Positions 42,533-55,800 of a stretch of 64,000 bases of DNA are shown piece after piece. A model generated the notes under the pieces. The model searched no databases and was not told the origin of the DNA. It saw only the letters and a program-made list of their open reading frames with translations. The DNA is from Schizochytrium sp. TIO01. Lineage: Eukaryota; Protista; Bigyra: Labyrinthulomycetes. The translations under genes and the position numbers were made by a program. Position 1 is the first letter of the stretch. Every line of letters begins with the position of its first letter. Location of the stretch: positions 61,638-125,637 of the forward strand of contig SMSO01000011.1 of the NCBI GenBank assembly GCA_004764695.1, read 5' to 3'.

Positions 42533-44269
42533 ATGAAGATCATGCTCAAGTCTTGTCAGCGTGGGCGAGTTGCGCTGCTACTGCTTGGGATCCTCTTTGC
42601 TGTGTTGATCTTAAGTGTGGTATCTGTGACCTGGGGCCTGTACGTCACAGCAGTCTTCGATCGCGAAAACGACGACACAGTGCAAAGACCAGAGATTGAC
42701 CATGCAAGGACCACTAGCAGCAGCGTGAACAAGAGATACGTAGGCAACAACGTCAACAGCGACAACAATAACGATGCCGACAACCTATTTGCTGACTTGG
42801 ACTCTATGGACCATCGCACCCAAGAGAAATGGCCTAACAAAGACTCGGTGCTCAACTGTGAAAGCGTGTACACCAAACTTCTTCGAGCGTCTTCGTTAGA
42901 TCTAAATGCGAATGAGGAGGTTCCGTACATAGACTTTACGGCGACAGCTGGGTTTGATATACAGTTTCTAAAGTGCTCTACAGACAGCGTGGATCCACGA
43001 GCACGCTTAGACGAGCTCCTTGAAATATATGTACGTCGCCCTGCATTGGCGAAAGCAAAACAGACATCCTTGCTCCGCCAACCGCATCGATTAACAGCCG
43101 AAGAATTCCTGTGCCAGCTTCAATGCCCACGGTCAGAGCCAGAGCTAGATCAAGCCGGTCAGCTTCTTTGGCTTCGCCAAGTGGAACTAAAACGCATCTG
43201 GGGTTATTGTCAAGCCCAGCAAGTCGATGCCCTCGTGTGGGTAACATCAAATGTACCTCATATTCTCAACTGTAAAACACGCGTCTCGGGAACTCGACTT
43301 TGGCATGCCAAATTAAAACTGCTTTGGATGCTCTGTCAGATAACAACAGTACCTGATGTGTTATATGCATTCTCAAACTCTGATTTCGCCGTGCCTGATT
43401 CTTCGCATGACTGGCTTCAACCTATGCCAGGCATTGTGCGATATGTTGGAACTCCTGCGCATAATTCATTGCTCTTCCCGACTGGAGCCTTCGTGGAGGC
43501 ATCTATGCATAACCTCATTCAACTCTCTGACAATCCTATAGAGTTTTCGCGTCTGCAACAGGATATGCAATCCTCACCTTCGAGGAGCCGCGTTGTGGAG
43601 GTGCCATGGAGTCTTCGCAAAAATGTGGTGTGGTGGAGAGGCAGCTCCACAGGTGTTCCACATACACTTGAGTCCTTTGAGTATCTTCCTCGCTTGAATA
43701 TTGTGGAGCGCTTTGTTGATCTTGAGGGATTCGACGTAGGGTTTATCGGTGGTGCGCCAAAAATTGGCGGATCTTTTGAAGCCCTTTTTCAAAGTAATTG
43801 GTACGAAAAGATATCACCTCGCCAGTTTGCAGAAAACAAAATGATTCTGCATTGTGATGGAAATACAGCTTCATTTGGACTTGCTCTGAAAATGACAACC
43901 AAATCTCTGGTTTTATGGGTCACTTCAATTTTCGCATACCGGGAATTCTATTATCTCGAATTGCGCCCTTGGCACCACTACATCCCTATCTCTACAAGTA
44001 TGCGCGAGCTTCCCGCGATGAGAGAGTGCCTGCTTCAGCCGCATATCGCAAAAGAAGCTTCGGCCGTTGCTCAACGTGCTTTTAACATTTTAAAGGCACG
44101 TCTCGGGCCGGATAAAATCTATTGTTATGTCTGGAGGTTGCTTGCTTTAATTTCACAGAGATCCGCCGAGCCTGCCACAGTTAAAGCATTGCGCTCAGCA
44201 GGTATTCCTGTTGAAATGTTCGAGCCAATTGACTATTTCAATGGCCCTGTGTCAAATTCAAAACCGTGA
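42533..44269 (+). CDS. Glycosyltransferase family 90 / CAP10-domain type II membrane protein (578 aa)
   Basis: N-terminal TM anchor; PWSLRKNVVWWRGSSTG, CDGNTASFGL and EFYYLELRPWHHYIPI are typical GT90 motifs. Confidence 0.85.
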   Translation: MKIMLKSCQRGRVALLLLGILFAVLILSVVSVTWGLYVTAVFDRENDDTVQRPEIDHARTTSSSVNKRYVGNNVNSDNNNDADNLFADLDSMDHRTQEKWPNKDSVLNCESVYTKLLRASSLDLNANEEVPYIDFTATAGFDIQFLKCSTDSVDPRARLDELLEIYVRRPALAKAKQTSLLRQPHRLTAEEFLCQLQCPRSEPELDQAGQLLWLRQVELKRIWGYCQAQQVDALVWVTSNVPHILNCKTRVSGTRLWHAKLKLLWMLCQITTVPDVLYAFSNSDFAVPDSSHDWLQPMPGIVRYVGTPAHNSLLFPTGAFVEASMHNLIQLSDNPIEFSRLQQDMQSSPSRSRVVEVPWSLRKNVVWWRGSSTGVPHTLESFEYLPRLNIVERFVDLEGFDVGFIGGAPKIGGSFEALFQSNWYEKISPRQFAENKMILHCDGNTASFGLALKMTTKSLVLWVTSIFAYREFYYLELRPWHHYIPISTSMRELPAMRECLLQPHIAKEASAVAQRAFNILKARLGPDKIYCYVWRLLALISQRSAEPATVKALRSAGIPVEMFEPIDYFNGPVSNSKP

Positions 44270-46807
44270 ACTTATCCTTTCTCTCTGCATTTACCTCCAC
44301 TGCAATTTCGTTTAGAATATCATCCCGAGCTTCACTGCCTTACTTTTATTGAACATTAAATAGCTGGCTTATGGGCATTTATCTCCTCACAGCAGATGGT
44401 TAAAATTAAAGTCAAGATATAGCCTTGTGTTGAGAGTTAGACACTTATTTTAATGTCCTCCTGAACAAGAACGCGATTATCCACAAACTTCATTGAATTG
44501 TGTGCAAAGATTGACCCAATGGCATCATTGAAGAGTTGAATAGGTGTGCATTGTTGACCTTTTAAAATATATCATAATTTTATATATTGAGAGCTCAAGT
44601 ATATTTTCCGATCTCTTCAGGTCGATATTTTAAAGGTGTACCGTAGTATGCACTATCTCTTCTTGATCTTTTGGTACCCACATCTCAGTTTTTTTTTCTT
44701 TCCAAATCCCCCCCCCCCCAAAAAAAAAAACAAGCACCTGCTTAGCACGGCTGTTGCACTATCTTCTATGAACCTCAACTTGTTAATCTACGCGCTGCCG
44801 ATCTTCATGCTGAGTCTCACAGTCGTTTCCTACCTTATTTTCGTGAGTGCTTTCATACTATGTCCTGCATGAGGTTTGTGGAAACGGAAGAAAGACTGTT
44901 CATAGCCTCAGCAATTCTGACGCCGAGCAAATGCTGCGTCCTCGAAGTTTCGTTGTTGAAGGCCTTGGACACGCAGGTGGCACTTCCAGATGAGGCGACG
45001 CAACATGTTGTAAACATCCCATGAGCTGGAACCCTCATTTCTGCTTGCCGAAACGGCCTGTTACAGAAAAACAATGGTGAATTGGCGAGAGCCACTGATC
45101 TATATTTCGCACGAGTGGAATTCAGAGTCGTCTTCACTTTGCTCAGGCCGATCATTGTTCAACGCGACCCGCGAATCAATCGCATAATATACAATCGCCA
45201 CAACGCGAAGTGCGCTAAGGAACGTGCGACGACCGTGACTGCTCACGCGAGGTCTCTTCGAGATCGTTTCTCCGTTGTCAATCAGAACCGCCATCTTCCT
45301 CAATCTTAAGATCTGTAACTGATCCACTGATAGTTAGTTCATGGTACTTGTTTTTTCCTTTAAAAGAATAAATAAATCCTCTCTCTTGAAACAATCAAAC
45401 AAACATCAGCGGCCAAAGCCAAGAGCTCCTTCCGCACGTCTCCTCAAGAGGCACATTCTTGCAAGACGCCTCGGTTTAGTCGTCCTCCACTGCATCTTCA
45501 CCACCGCCGTCGCAACCACCACCATCACCACCACCGTGACGAATGGTGATACCTTTGGGGCATCCAGCTGGTGTGTGCCAGCCAAGGCATCCCTTTGCTG
45601 TCCTCGATGGCAACAAACAAGATTATGGCTGACAACTGAGTGACCTTCAATTTTGCCATCGCTTTGTACATCGCCTGGCAAGCCGCAGTCCGCAGAGTCC
45701 GAGTCTCGTGGCCCGAATCAAGAGCTCTCTACGTCCATCCATCCATTTACCCCCTTGTAATGTCAATCTTCCTTGGTACTCCCATAGTTCCTCACTTTAT
45801 AGGGGCAATTCCTTTGCACATGCTGCTGGAAAACTCCAATGCCGCTGCAAGTGGTCTCCCGCGAGCGATGAACTGCATCGTAGACCACCTCGCTCGACAC
45901 CATCTTGCACGCGACAGCAGTTTTAGAGACAACACTTGCATTTGGACTTCTTGACCCAAGAGTGCTTCATGTCGCCTCCTGGGAGCTGATTGATTGCCTG
46001 CCCTTCTATCTATGGCTATAGCCATAGATAGCCATAGATAGATAGCTACTTCATCATCAGATGGGTGAGTCCTTAAGAAGTAGTTGTGATTCATAGATTC
46101 ACTGTAAATTCAGCGGCATGCCTCAGATCGCTGTCGTCATCGCGTGTCCTCCAGACGGCACAGAAACCACCCATGCACAGCACCGTGGCCCTTCCCACGC
46201 TCCACGCGAACCCCAGCTGCCGCCTCCTTCAAGACCTCTGCGCTTCTCAACCCTCTGCGCTTCTCATCAAAATTAGGCGAGGAGACAGCGCCGGCGCACC
46301 GAGAGCTGCGAAGACTGACAAGAGTGAGTTCAAGATGGTAGAAGAAGAACTTGAAGTACCAGACTGAGGAAAGCGGTAGCAGTAGGCTAGGTGGAGCTAG
46401 TGGAATAGCGGATCTGACTTGAGCTTGAGAAGAAGTTTGGAGCCACCCTGAACAGAAGGCAAAGCCAAAAGACGCGGCAGGTCAGCGTTCTTGGGCGGGA
46501 TCTTGACTTGGGAATACTTGCACAAGAGCTTGTGCAGGGGAGGTTGCTGATAACTGGGTTGGTTTCCTCATGGTAAATTTGTAGAGAGTACACTTAGGTT
46601 TAATAATTTATAGGAAGCTAGGTGCCTAGAACGTGGGTAAACTCGACATAACAATTCACACCAACAACCATTACCACTTTGGCAGTGCCAGTCAACAGAG
46701 GGGCAGGCAAATCGTGAAACGGCATTGAGGTCATTGGGAGAGGCGTTTGGCAACGTGCTTTGGTGAGCGTGGTGCTTCTTACCTCTCTTTGGGGACGTTC
46801 CTAGTCG

Positions 46808-48208
46808 ATGCTGGATTCGCAGAGCTCATCCCTTGAGAACCGCAGCACTCCTTCGGCACACAACCCTCCAAACAGACAAGCAGACGCGAGCTCTCAGCCA
46901 GGTCCCAAGGGGATCACCTGCAAGCCGCAAAGCGGGTCCATGCGCAACCACGGTTCTCTCGAGGATGGAGGCGCTCTCGAAGAGCGTCCTGAAGCTGTTA
47001 TTAACGGCAACAACGATAACAGCAGCATCAACAACAACAACAACATGAACCACGGAAATGGATCCAACTATGTCCAAAGTAACATGGCCAATCCGTCTTC
47101 GCCTACGAACCACCTCAAGCCTATGCTGCGGCAGCACTCGACGTCTCGAAGCTCTGCTCGTGAGGAGGAAATTGTCCTCGATGACGAGCTGCTTGCCACT
47201 GCGGGCCGTGAAGAGGCCAGTGAGTATGAAGCTGCTGAGCGTGAGGCCCCGGAGTACCGCGACATTCCATGGTTCTACGAGACTCTCTCAACTCTTGCTC
47301 TCATTGCAGTAGGTTCTATAGCAGGTGTAGCTCTTCGAGTGGCACTTTCGCTCACATCTGTGGATCCGTTCTCGGACTATATCTTCGCAAACTTCGTGGG
47401 CACTGCGTGGCTCGCGTATTGGAGTTATTTCAAACATGTATTGTGGACTCCACTTTTCGTAGGTGTTGGTACTGGATTTTGTGGTTCTCTCACATCGTTC
47501 TCCAGCTGGCAAGAAGCAGGGGCGGTTCTTGTCGGCCCTACAGTTCTAGGGATTGATCGTCGTGAAAAGGCCTTCGTGTGGTTTGAGGTCCAGCTTGCGG
47601 GTATCGCGGTGGACTTGATTGCTTATGACTTTGGCCGCCACATCGGCAAAACTCACCCTTTTAAGCCGCCTAAGAATGAACCGGATACCATCGTGTGCGC
47701 CCCGAGAGTTCTCTACCACGCTGGTAGTATCACGTTCGCGGTGCTGATTGGATTACTCGTGGCACTTCTTGCAGGGTATTTCCATACAGAGCTCCTCTTC
47801 GCGTTGTGCTGGGGTCCGTTTGGTGCGTGGTCGCGATACTTTCTCGGTCGTCTTTTTAACAGCAAGCTTGAAGGTTTTCCGCTCGGTACTTTCATCGCTA
47901 ATGTGTTCGCATCAGCATTGCTTGCAATGGCTTACGTGCTTGGAATTTCTGTCAGTCGTGCGGACACAGTTCAATGTGAAGCATTACAGGGCTTTATCAC
48001 AGGATACTGTGGTAGTCTTTCTACAGTGTCCACTTTTATTGCTGAGCTCAAGGGTCTCGGCCGCAAAGATGCCTATGTGTATGGTTTTGCATCAATGATT
48101 GTAGCCCAAATATGCATGATCATCATCATCGGCGGCTACACTTGGTCTGCCGCTGATCTCACAGATTTTGAGAACGGTGACTCGTGTGTCTCAGTTTATT
48201 ATCCTTGA
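46808..48208 (+). CDS. FEX1: Fluoride export protein (FEX; two fused CrcB/Fluc domains), 466 aa
   Basis: Two Fluc signatures: ANFVG...GVGTGFCGSLTSFSSW and FPLGTFIANV...GFITGYCGSLSTVSTF. Multiple TM helices follow a disordered N-terminus. Confidence 0.92.
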   Translation: MLDSQSSSLENRSTPSAHNPPNRQADASSQPGPKGITCKPQSGSMRNHGSLEDGGALEERPEAVINGNNDNSSINNNNNMNHGNGSNYVQSNMANPSSPTNHLKPMLRQHSTSRSSAREEEIVLDDELLATAGREEASEYEAAEREAPEYRDIPWFYETLSTLALIAVGSIAGVALRVALSLTSVDPFSDYIFANFVGTAWLAYWSYFKHVLWTPLFVGVGTGFCGSLTSFSSWQEAGAVLVGPTVLGIDRREKAFVWFEVQLAGIAVDLIAYDFGRHIGKTHPFKPPKNEPDTIVCAPRVLYHAGSITFAVLIGLLVALLAGYFHTELLFALCWGPFGAWSRYFLGRLFNSKLEGFPLGTFIANVFASALLAMAYVLGISVSRADTVQCEALQGFITGYCGSLSTVSTFIAELKGLGRKDAYVYGFASMIVAQICMIIIIGGYTWSAADLTDFENGDSCVSVYYP

Positions 48209-49049
48209 ACTCTTTGCAGCACAAAATTTATACAGACAGGGTATCAAGAAACAATCTTGCACATATCGTGCTGCAAATGACGAGCAACAGCCATGAACTT
48301 TTAAGTTATTTTTTATTCTTTTCAATATAACACTGTCACACAAACTTCATTCATCAACGCAAAATTACGGAATAGCTACACATGCGCTATTCATAATGAG
48401 GAGCCTGAACAAACCACACCATGGAACACGCATTCCAGACTCTAAAAACGCAGAGCATCATATTACACGATCATAAGAGGATGCCATTTGTAGAAATAAA
48501 GTTTGTCGAGTCAACGGATTCACTGTCTACCTATCGGCGTAATGACCATCATGCAAAACATCGCTTACAGACCAAGTAGCTTACTAGAGGCAATAAGCTC
48601 CTCCAATAAACCCACGAATTTAACCCACGCGACATAAGAAACATGAGAACCGCAAACGCTTCGTAAGTTCGCATCCACATTTAAAAACAAAGTCCACAGA
48701 AAAGTGACTGCAAACAATCAGACTAGATCGCAGAATCTCAATTAGAAAACAAGCTGTCGACATTTGCGCGCTACTATTTGCTGTTTTCCATCATGATTTT
48801 GCCCCACAAAAGCTATACAACAAATTTGCAGTGAAACGGCTGTCTTTGTTGTGCGAGGAACCACAGGAGGCCTGAACACAAAAGATATTCTACCATAGTA
48901 ATCTAATTTTCCAAGAGTTTGTGGCTACGCGTATACACATGTTACTAATAAATCTTTGTTTGCACCAATAAGTGAACAATGCCTGCCTCTTTCCGAGCTA
49001 CAACACCTATAATTTAGGAATTTACTAAACCCCTCACCGATCAAAGAAT

Positions 49050-50393
49050 TTAAAAAACCTCCTGCACATCGTCGTCGTCGTCATCTTCAATACTTACAGC
49101 TCTTGATCCTGCCATTGTGTTTGAAGGTCCAGCATGACCAGAGACCGAGTTGGAGGATGTTGCGCCTCCGGATGCACTTGCTTGTTCTCGATTTTCTTCT
49201 TCTTCTTCTTCTTCGTCGTCGTCTTCGTCCACCGTCACACGAATACTATCTCGGCGCAAATTGAGAGACTCCATTGTATGCGCCCGCATCTCATTTTCAT
49301 CTAAATCCGAAGAGAAACGCAGATTAGGTGGCACAACGATCTCAAAGCCACGAGATAGCTTGCAGCGTGGGTCTGTGACTGCAACCCAGCGCATGAGATC
49401 AAGAAGTGTCTCTTGTTTGTGAAACCTACGACGAAAGCGCCCTGCCGGTACCAGTAAAGCAATATGGACGGTATCCGCACTGTCGGCAGGAGGTTCAGGG
49501 TTCATATTTTCTTCCCAAGAACGAAGCATTTCTAGGCGCTTGGCCTTCAAAGCTTCCTTTTCCTGAAGTTTCCTACGTTTCATTTCTTCTTTATTCTGTA
49601 AATTTCGACGTTCGGTCTCTTCACGTTCCCGCTTCTCCCGTTCTTTGGCCTGATCTTCAGCCAAAGACTGCTCAAAAGCAATATCCTGCTGCTGTTTGAG
49701 CTTTTGCGCTTCCAGAGATTTAGACGCCTGGATCGCCTTTTGAAGATCCGCTTCAAAAGCATCTTCGTTGTTTTGCTGAGCATGCTGGATTGGATGAAAA
49801 CCTGCGAACCCCGGGCGCCTCGAAAATGACATGTTCGCAGCAGCAGCTGCTGCCTCCAAGATACTTCCGCCAACATGTTGAAAACCATCATCGACGTAGT
49901 CTTCGTCATCCTCATCGTCAACTATAAAGTCTTTTTCGGCATAATTTCTATTGGTTGCACGTTTCCCATGTTGATCGCGGCCACGACGCAAAACCTGTCG
50001 ACGAGCTCTTTTCCTTGAAGGCTCCACCTGCTCCTGCGCGAAGTCTTCGTCAGACCTTTGCCTTCGACGTCGTCGATTGTCAACTTCTCCATCGTAGCTC
50101 TCACCGTCGTTCCGCAAGGATGATTTGGTTTTGCGTTTCGATTTCCCAGATTTACTGTTTTTGGAGCCTGCATGAGTAATGTTATTGCTCTTATTGTCGC
50201 TCCCATCGAGGCTCATGGCGTTGTTATTATCTCTACCTCTGCTCCGGCGCATGGACGAAGATGATGGAGAGGGTGATGGGAGGGGGTTTTCGCCTCCTCG
50301 CGAACTGTCGTCTTCCACTAAGTCCACGACGCATTCGCCGTTGCGGTGCTTTGTCGTCGAAGAAGACGAGGAGGAGGAGGAGGAGGAGCTCAT
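49050..50393 (-). CDS. UBX-domain protein with UIM-like motif and coiled coil (p97/Cdc48 cofactor-like), 447 aa
   Basis: EADLQKAIQAS (UIM-like), QQQDIAFEQSLAEDQAKE (FAF1-type coil) and EPPADS..IALLVPAGRFRRRF...PP...TMESLNL (UBX). Confidence 0.82.
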   Translation of the reverse strand: MSSSSSSSSSSSTTKHRNGECVVDLVEDDSSRGGENPLPSPSPSSSSMRRSRGRDNNNAMSLDGSDNKSNNITHAGSKNSKSGKSKRKTKSSLRNDGESYDGEVDNRRRRRQRSDEDFAQEQVEPSRKRARRQVLRRGRDQHGKRATNRNYAEKDFIVDDEDDEDYVDDGFQHVGGSILEAAAAAANMSFSRRPGFAGFHPIQHAQQNNEDAFEADLQKAIQASKSLEAQKLKQQQDIAFEQSLAEDQAKEREKREREETERRNLQNKEEMKRRKLQEKEALKAKRLEMLRSWEENMNPEPPADSADTVHIALLVPAGRFRRRFHKQETLLDLMRWVAVTDPRCKLSRGFEIVVPPNLRFSSDLDENEMRAHTMESLNLRRDSIRVTVDEDDDEEEEEEENREQASASGGATSSNSVSGHAGPSNTMAGSRAVSIEDDDDDDVQEVF

Positions 50394-51086
50394 GCGCGCT
50401 CTTGTGCTTTTCCAACTTTAAACAACTCCCTCAATTTGCAACTGAGAAGAACCCTTTAAGACGTGAATCGCAGTTGTGTCTCTTGCAGCAATAGACGTAT
50501 GGAGATTGCCCTTCGAGACCAGCACCTATTGTGGGGGAGAGTTGTTCTACTCGTAGGTCGTTTGTTTCTTATCGCGCTCGTTGGAGGCACTCTAGCGATA
50601 GTAGGCACCTATGTACCGACTACTATGTGGCTTGGCTACCCATATTTATTATACCTGGAAGGATGAAAAGTTGATTATTCATTATGTACCTACGTAATGT
50701 CTCACATTTAATGTTGAGAGCGGCAAAGTCTTCACAGATTGGTTACCGTAAATGGACTTTAGAACAGGCTTGGACACAATGGCCAGAAACAGTTGGGCCT
50801 GATGAGAGCAGTATCTACAATGCAGAAGGTTAGTAGGTATAGTAAAGAGGAAAAAGCAATTTCGAGGCAAGTTTACTTATTCTTGGGCTTATTTTTACAT
50901 GCATACAGTAAAGGGGCTCTATACCTATGAGGCAAATTGCAAAGTCTAGCAGAAAGTTGTTCGCAAAGGTCTACTTATGAAGTATGCCAAAACACCCCTT
51001 TATTCTTACAGAGTAGCAGTACGTGGAGCGCGAGCTGGAGCTCGCTGCGCAATGAAAGCTTCTCTGCCAAAAAGCTCCTTCTTTTA

Positions 51087-52035
51087 TTAGAGTTCAGATG
51101 GATCCAAGCGTGTTTGATCCTCCAACGTGAGCCTGGAGCAAGTTTCGTACACAAGAAATTCATTCTCGAGACGCCAGGCCCAGTTATCGGCGCGCCGGGA
51201 TATGCGCAATGGTGGAAGGTTTGCCAGATTAATACCATTGTGTTGGTAATTGATGCTCCAGACCAGCGCGTGGCCAGGCAAGAGTGGACCATGCAGTTCC
51301 TCATGACGCTCGACCGGATCCTTGACAGGTGAAAGGGAATACGGATTGCGCCGTACATCATCTTGGTCAGGATATCGTACATACTTACCGCCTTCTGCGA
51401 ACCTGCGAAACATTGGTACTTTTCTACCTGTTGCATCTTCGAAGCCAAACAGCATCATTGTTCCAGCTCCCATTCGCATATGAAAACACGCCTGCGGTAG
51501 GAGCTTCTCAAGAGTTTCAACTGATGCATCGTTCGCTGCGCGTTTCGAGTGGAAATAGCTCTCTAAGCTCGGATGCATTTGGAGTTGCTTCGGTACATAA
51601 GCTTTGTCGGCCCAAAGTTCTCGGCAACGCTGCACCCATAGGTACTCTGATCCGATAGTTTCCTTAAACACCGATCTACACGTAAGCCCGAGCCTACATA
51701 CGAAAATTCGAAGAGCCAAAGTATCAAGAGAAACCGTTAGCTCATTCACCTTAATCAGCAAGCGTTTTTAGTAAAATATATTGGAAATACACACGATAAG
51801 ACAACTCTTCTACGTCGATTGTTTTTGTAATCAAAGTCTCTAAATGTTCATACATGCGTACACGATAACATTGAAACCCTGGCAAGCATGGGCATTTTGC
51901 ATAATGCACGTACCTGATGAGATCCTCAGCGTCTAGGAAAGTCCAGACTTCAAGCCTCACGCATGGCGGGATGTTCCCAAATATCATTTCTTTATAAACA
52001 TCAAGTCCCATTCGACCTCGCTTCCGTGCAGCCAT
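51087..52035 (-). CDS. F-box protein (~242 aa; exon 1 51914-52035, exon 2 51087-51693)
   Basis: The splice ATCAG|GTACGT...TGTAG|GCTC joins two ORF-track fragments into FGNIPPCVRLEVWTFLDAEDLIRLGLTCRSVF...EYLWVQRCRELW, a canonical F-box. Confidence 0.8.
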
Positions 52036-52613
52036 CGATTTGCGCCAAGACTAATTTGTTTACACCAGGGCTTTCAAAGTCTCCTTATTATATACCAAGA
52101 AAAATTCCCCTTCCCTGAGGTCCAGACCCAGGCCGTAGGTACTATTCGATGCTCGGGTGGTATTCGAGCTCTGCGGTACAGGACACTAGCGAGGTCCTTG
52201 TTCTCAGTTTGCTGGCCACGGCTGGTGAGCAGGTTGCCGCCTCCGGCAACGGCTCGAGACCTGGCGGAATCAAGATCGGGAACTGAGCTGGAGCTGGGAC
52301 GCGATAATATTTTGCCTATTGTCCCTCCAAGAGTAAACTATTTACCTATTTTCAAGTTGCCCCTATTCTATCTATGACTACCTACTGCTACTTAAGAGTA
52401 AATCGATAGACATCCGCGAAAGAAAGAGACATTAAGGGAGGATAGTCGATGGCAGATTTCACAGTATGAGGGATTTTGCAATTGGTGAAGCAAAGCGTCA
52501 ACTTCGCGACTCATTTGCTTAATTCACCGGGGAGACGACTGGGGCATTGTCGTTTGCAGGGCGTGGAGCTCAGAGGAGCTAGCTCGCTTATTTGGGTGGC
52601 GTAGTTGACAAAG

Positions 52614-52880
52614 ATGGATAAGATCATCAGACACTCCGGCCTGCAGAAGGATGTGCTAAAGTTGTATCGCAAGGCACTTAAGGTGGCGCGGTCCAAGGAC
52701 ACGCCGGGATCGCGCAAGAACTTTGAGACTGTCAAGAACAAATTCAGAGAGGATGCAATGGATGTGGACCGCAAAGACTTCAGAACGATTGAATTCTTAT
52801 TACGGAGAGGAACTCTTCGCATCGAAGAGTTTGCAAGTGAAAATGTTGCAAGAGTGTCCACCTTCAAGATCAAGCGCTAA
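52614..52880 (+). CDS. SDHAF1: LYR-motif protein, succinate dehydrogenase assembly factor 1-like (88 aa)
   Basis: RHSGLQKDVLKLYR...F...IEFLLRRG matches SDHAF1/Sdh6. Confidence 0.85.
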   Translation: MDKIIRHSGLQKDVLKLYRKALKVARSKDTPGSRKNFETVKNKFREDAMDVDRKDFRTIEFLLRRGTLRIEEFASENVARVSTFKIKR

Positions 52881-55800
52881 GACACAGAGTTGAGAGTTTT
52901 TCTTTCTTTTAAAGTACAAGCCCACGACCTTGATACGCCTATAGGTCCTTGCTGTGCAATCTCTGGTTATCGATTGAAAAGGAGTGGCATTCTGCAGAAC
53001 TAGTCGCAAAATCTGCAAATGAATTTCCTAGTTTGTTACTTGTTCGCTACTCCAGTCCTTCTTAACTATATGGATGCTAAGTGATTTAGTTGTGCTGTCT
53101 TGATTTCTGAGTTGCAATACTTGAAAGGTTCTACCAGCTTAGCTCTGACGCAGGTTCATTAAAGAGCTCGAGTATAGTCAACATTCTCCTTCGCTTAACC
53201 ATCATTTTAACAACTTAACTTTTCACTTCGCATTCCACCATGGTCTATGCCGAATAGAGGAGCAACGAAATTCTTGCTAGCACTGGAAATACTTTTGGCA
53301 TGTCCTTGCGTTCTTAGTTTTGGAATGATTGGTTCATTGGCAAAGAAAACCCTTAACGCCGAAGAATGCCTCTACATAGTCATGAGGTCTGATGCAATGG
53401 ATTTATATTTCACTCAAGTACAGCATATTGTCCTTTGGCCAATCATTGAAAGAGTTGTGCTATATACCTGGGCTTACTGATGTATCTTTGCTTCTCCATT
53501 AAAAAAAAAAAACTGTTTGTCTATTCTTGCCTAAGCACTCGTTTTTATAATTATTAACACTCACTCAATCAAGAGCTAGCTTTCCATCACAAAACACCAA
53601 AGTTTAACCAACCGGTTCGGAGTAAGAAAAGTCTAGCGAAAGATGAGATTTTACAACAGGCTGATGATTGTGAAAAGAAGAGAAAAGTTGACTTGAACAA
53701 TTTATTAAAAAAAATTAAAACAACAAAAAACTACTTTCTGGCCAGGAAGCGGGGGACCGCACCAACATTGAGACCGCACTCGAGAGATGCGGTTCTAATC
53801 CTACATCTTCATTTCCCTGTTGTCTACGTCTTGTAGATGTGAGTTTGACAAAGGGATCATGTGATGGACAGACCCCATCCAGATCTGTCACGTAATCTTA
53901 TCTCATCGATCAAGAATTGTTAAAGGTACTTGAGAGAGATTTAAGAAGCTCGTAGTAGGACGATGGGCTACCGTCTGTCTGACCAAGGGTGAATGTTATA
54001 CCTTGACTATCCTCCACAAGTCACTTATGTCTGCAATGATTAGAACGTGGACGAAACCAATGAGGTCAGTTAATGATGAACTATAAAACAAGTCATCGTA
54101 CACTACGGCATGCTACACGATGAGGCGGCCAAACACGAGCAGGTTGTTATTCATAGGCTTGGTGTTGTTTTCTAAAGTTATCGGAGTAGAGAGCTCAGAC
54201 ATTCATATTTCCGGAGTGAATGTTTTTCTTCACTGAACTCTGAAAGCGAGCCATCAGAAGAGGGAGCTGTTTTTTCGATCATTGCCCTATACAAACGACA
54301 CTTTTTTTTTACAACTACCATGCCCGTCTAACTTTTGCTTCTGTATTCTTTCGACCTACCAATCAACCAAGCGAGCCTGTCTATTTCATGCTGTACTTAC
54401 ACTTAGAGTAAGGAGATACAAATCATTCAATCAAGAGCATTGTCTTTTCGAGGAAATCCCTCCAGCGCATTGACCCTTTCGTGTAGCTGATCTAGAGAGA
54501 AAGCACAAGCGCTTTCTTATCTCTTCAGCACGAATGGCCTTTGGCTTCCATACTCCATCCTGTACATGGATAGAGGAATAGGGTATCTCGAAGCCTTTCA
54601 GACTCTAGCTGAAAGCTCAGCTCTGCTTCTTGATGCTTAAGTTCATCACAGCGTGACTAAGGCTATACAGCTCAGGTGAGCTCAAGAGGCCTCCATGGCT
54701 GCAGCACCGTGCTCCTGCAAGCGCAGTGCTGTGACACCAAGAGGTGTTTTTATCTTGCAGCGAACTGCAGTTATGGATTTGCTGGCGACTTTGCCTGGTC
54801 ATGATCTGCAGCCAACTTGGCGAGCTCTGAGAGCCGTCCGTCCTATTGTGAACACTATTGTGAACATCTCCACTTATCTTTTACTTAGAGCCACCCACGG
54901 CTTTCTTTGGGCAGCGCTGCATTTGCAGCTCTACAATAGACTCTATCTAGCTAGGTACTACGATGAACTTGAGGGATCGTGAAGTAGTATCATGGCTTTC
55001 GCAACTATCTTCGACCATGATGGAATCAGTGATTGATGAAGAACGTGCAGTAGGTACCTCTCTCTACTATTTCCTCTAGACAGGCATTGGAGCACTAGTC
55101 CTGCATAATGTAATATTATTCTTCAAGTTAGTGGATATTGCACAGAATGGTATTTACATTGGGTCGTCATCATGGATGTAAAGATGGCTCTATCGGAGAT
55201 TGTGTTTGTCCTTGCAACAAATTGGAGGGACGGCTAGTGCTGTTTAATCATGAACCGTTGAACCAGTCCTGGCGATTTGAGTTCATGATAGTGCGCACCT
55301 GAGTAATTGATATCTACGACCTTGGCGCACTTTGCAAAGGCTGCAAGTTGGGATTATTATTATGGCGATGAGATTTGCGACTACGCAGGTGCCCACTTAG
55401 TGTTTACCATAGATAGTGCGTATGTGCGCTAGGTATGTAGGGTACGTACAATTAAAGATGAATTGCAATCATTAATCATTGATGATATTGTTTGCTCTGT
55501 TTCGTTCATTGGGTTTTTGATCCATGTGTCGTACCAACACTCCGCAGCGGGTTAAAGTTAGGGCTCTCCCGCAGAGTCGTTTGTAGCGAGTTGGCACAAT
55601 CTTCAAAGAAAGAAATAGCCTAATCCTGTAGCATACTCGACAACAATCACAAGTTAGAATTGGGTACATAACCTAAGCGACTTTAAACAAAAATACGCAG
55701 TACCTCCCTAGGCATAAGTGATGAATAGGTCCCTGTTATTTGCTTTCTTGATAGCAGAGGGCTGTTTTAATAAAGATTCTGCGATTGATGACGATGCTTA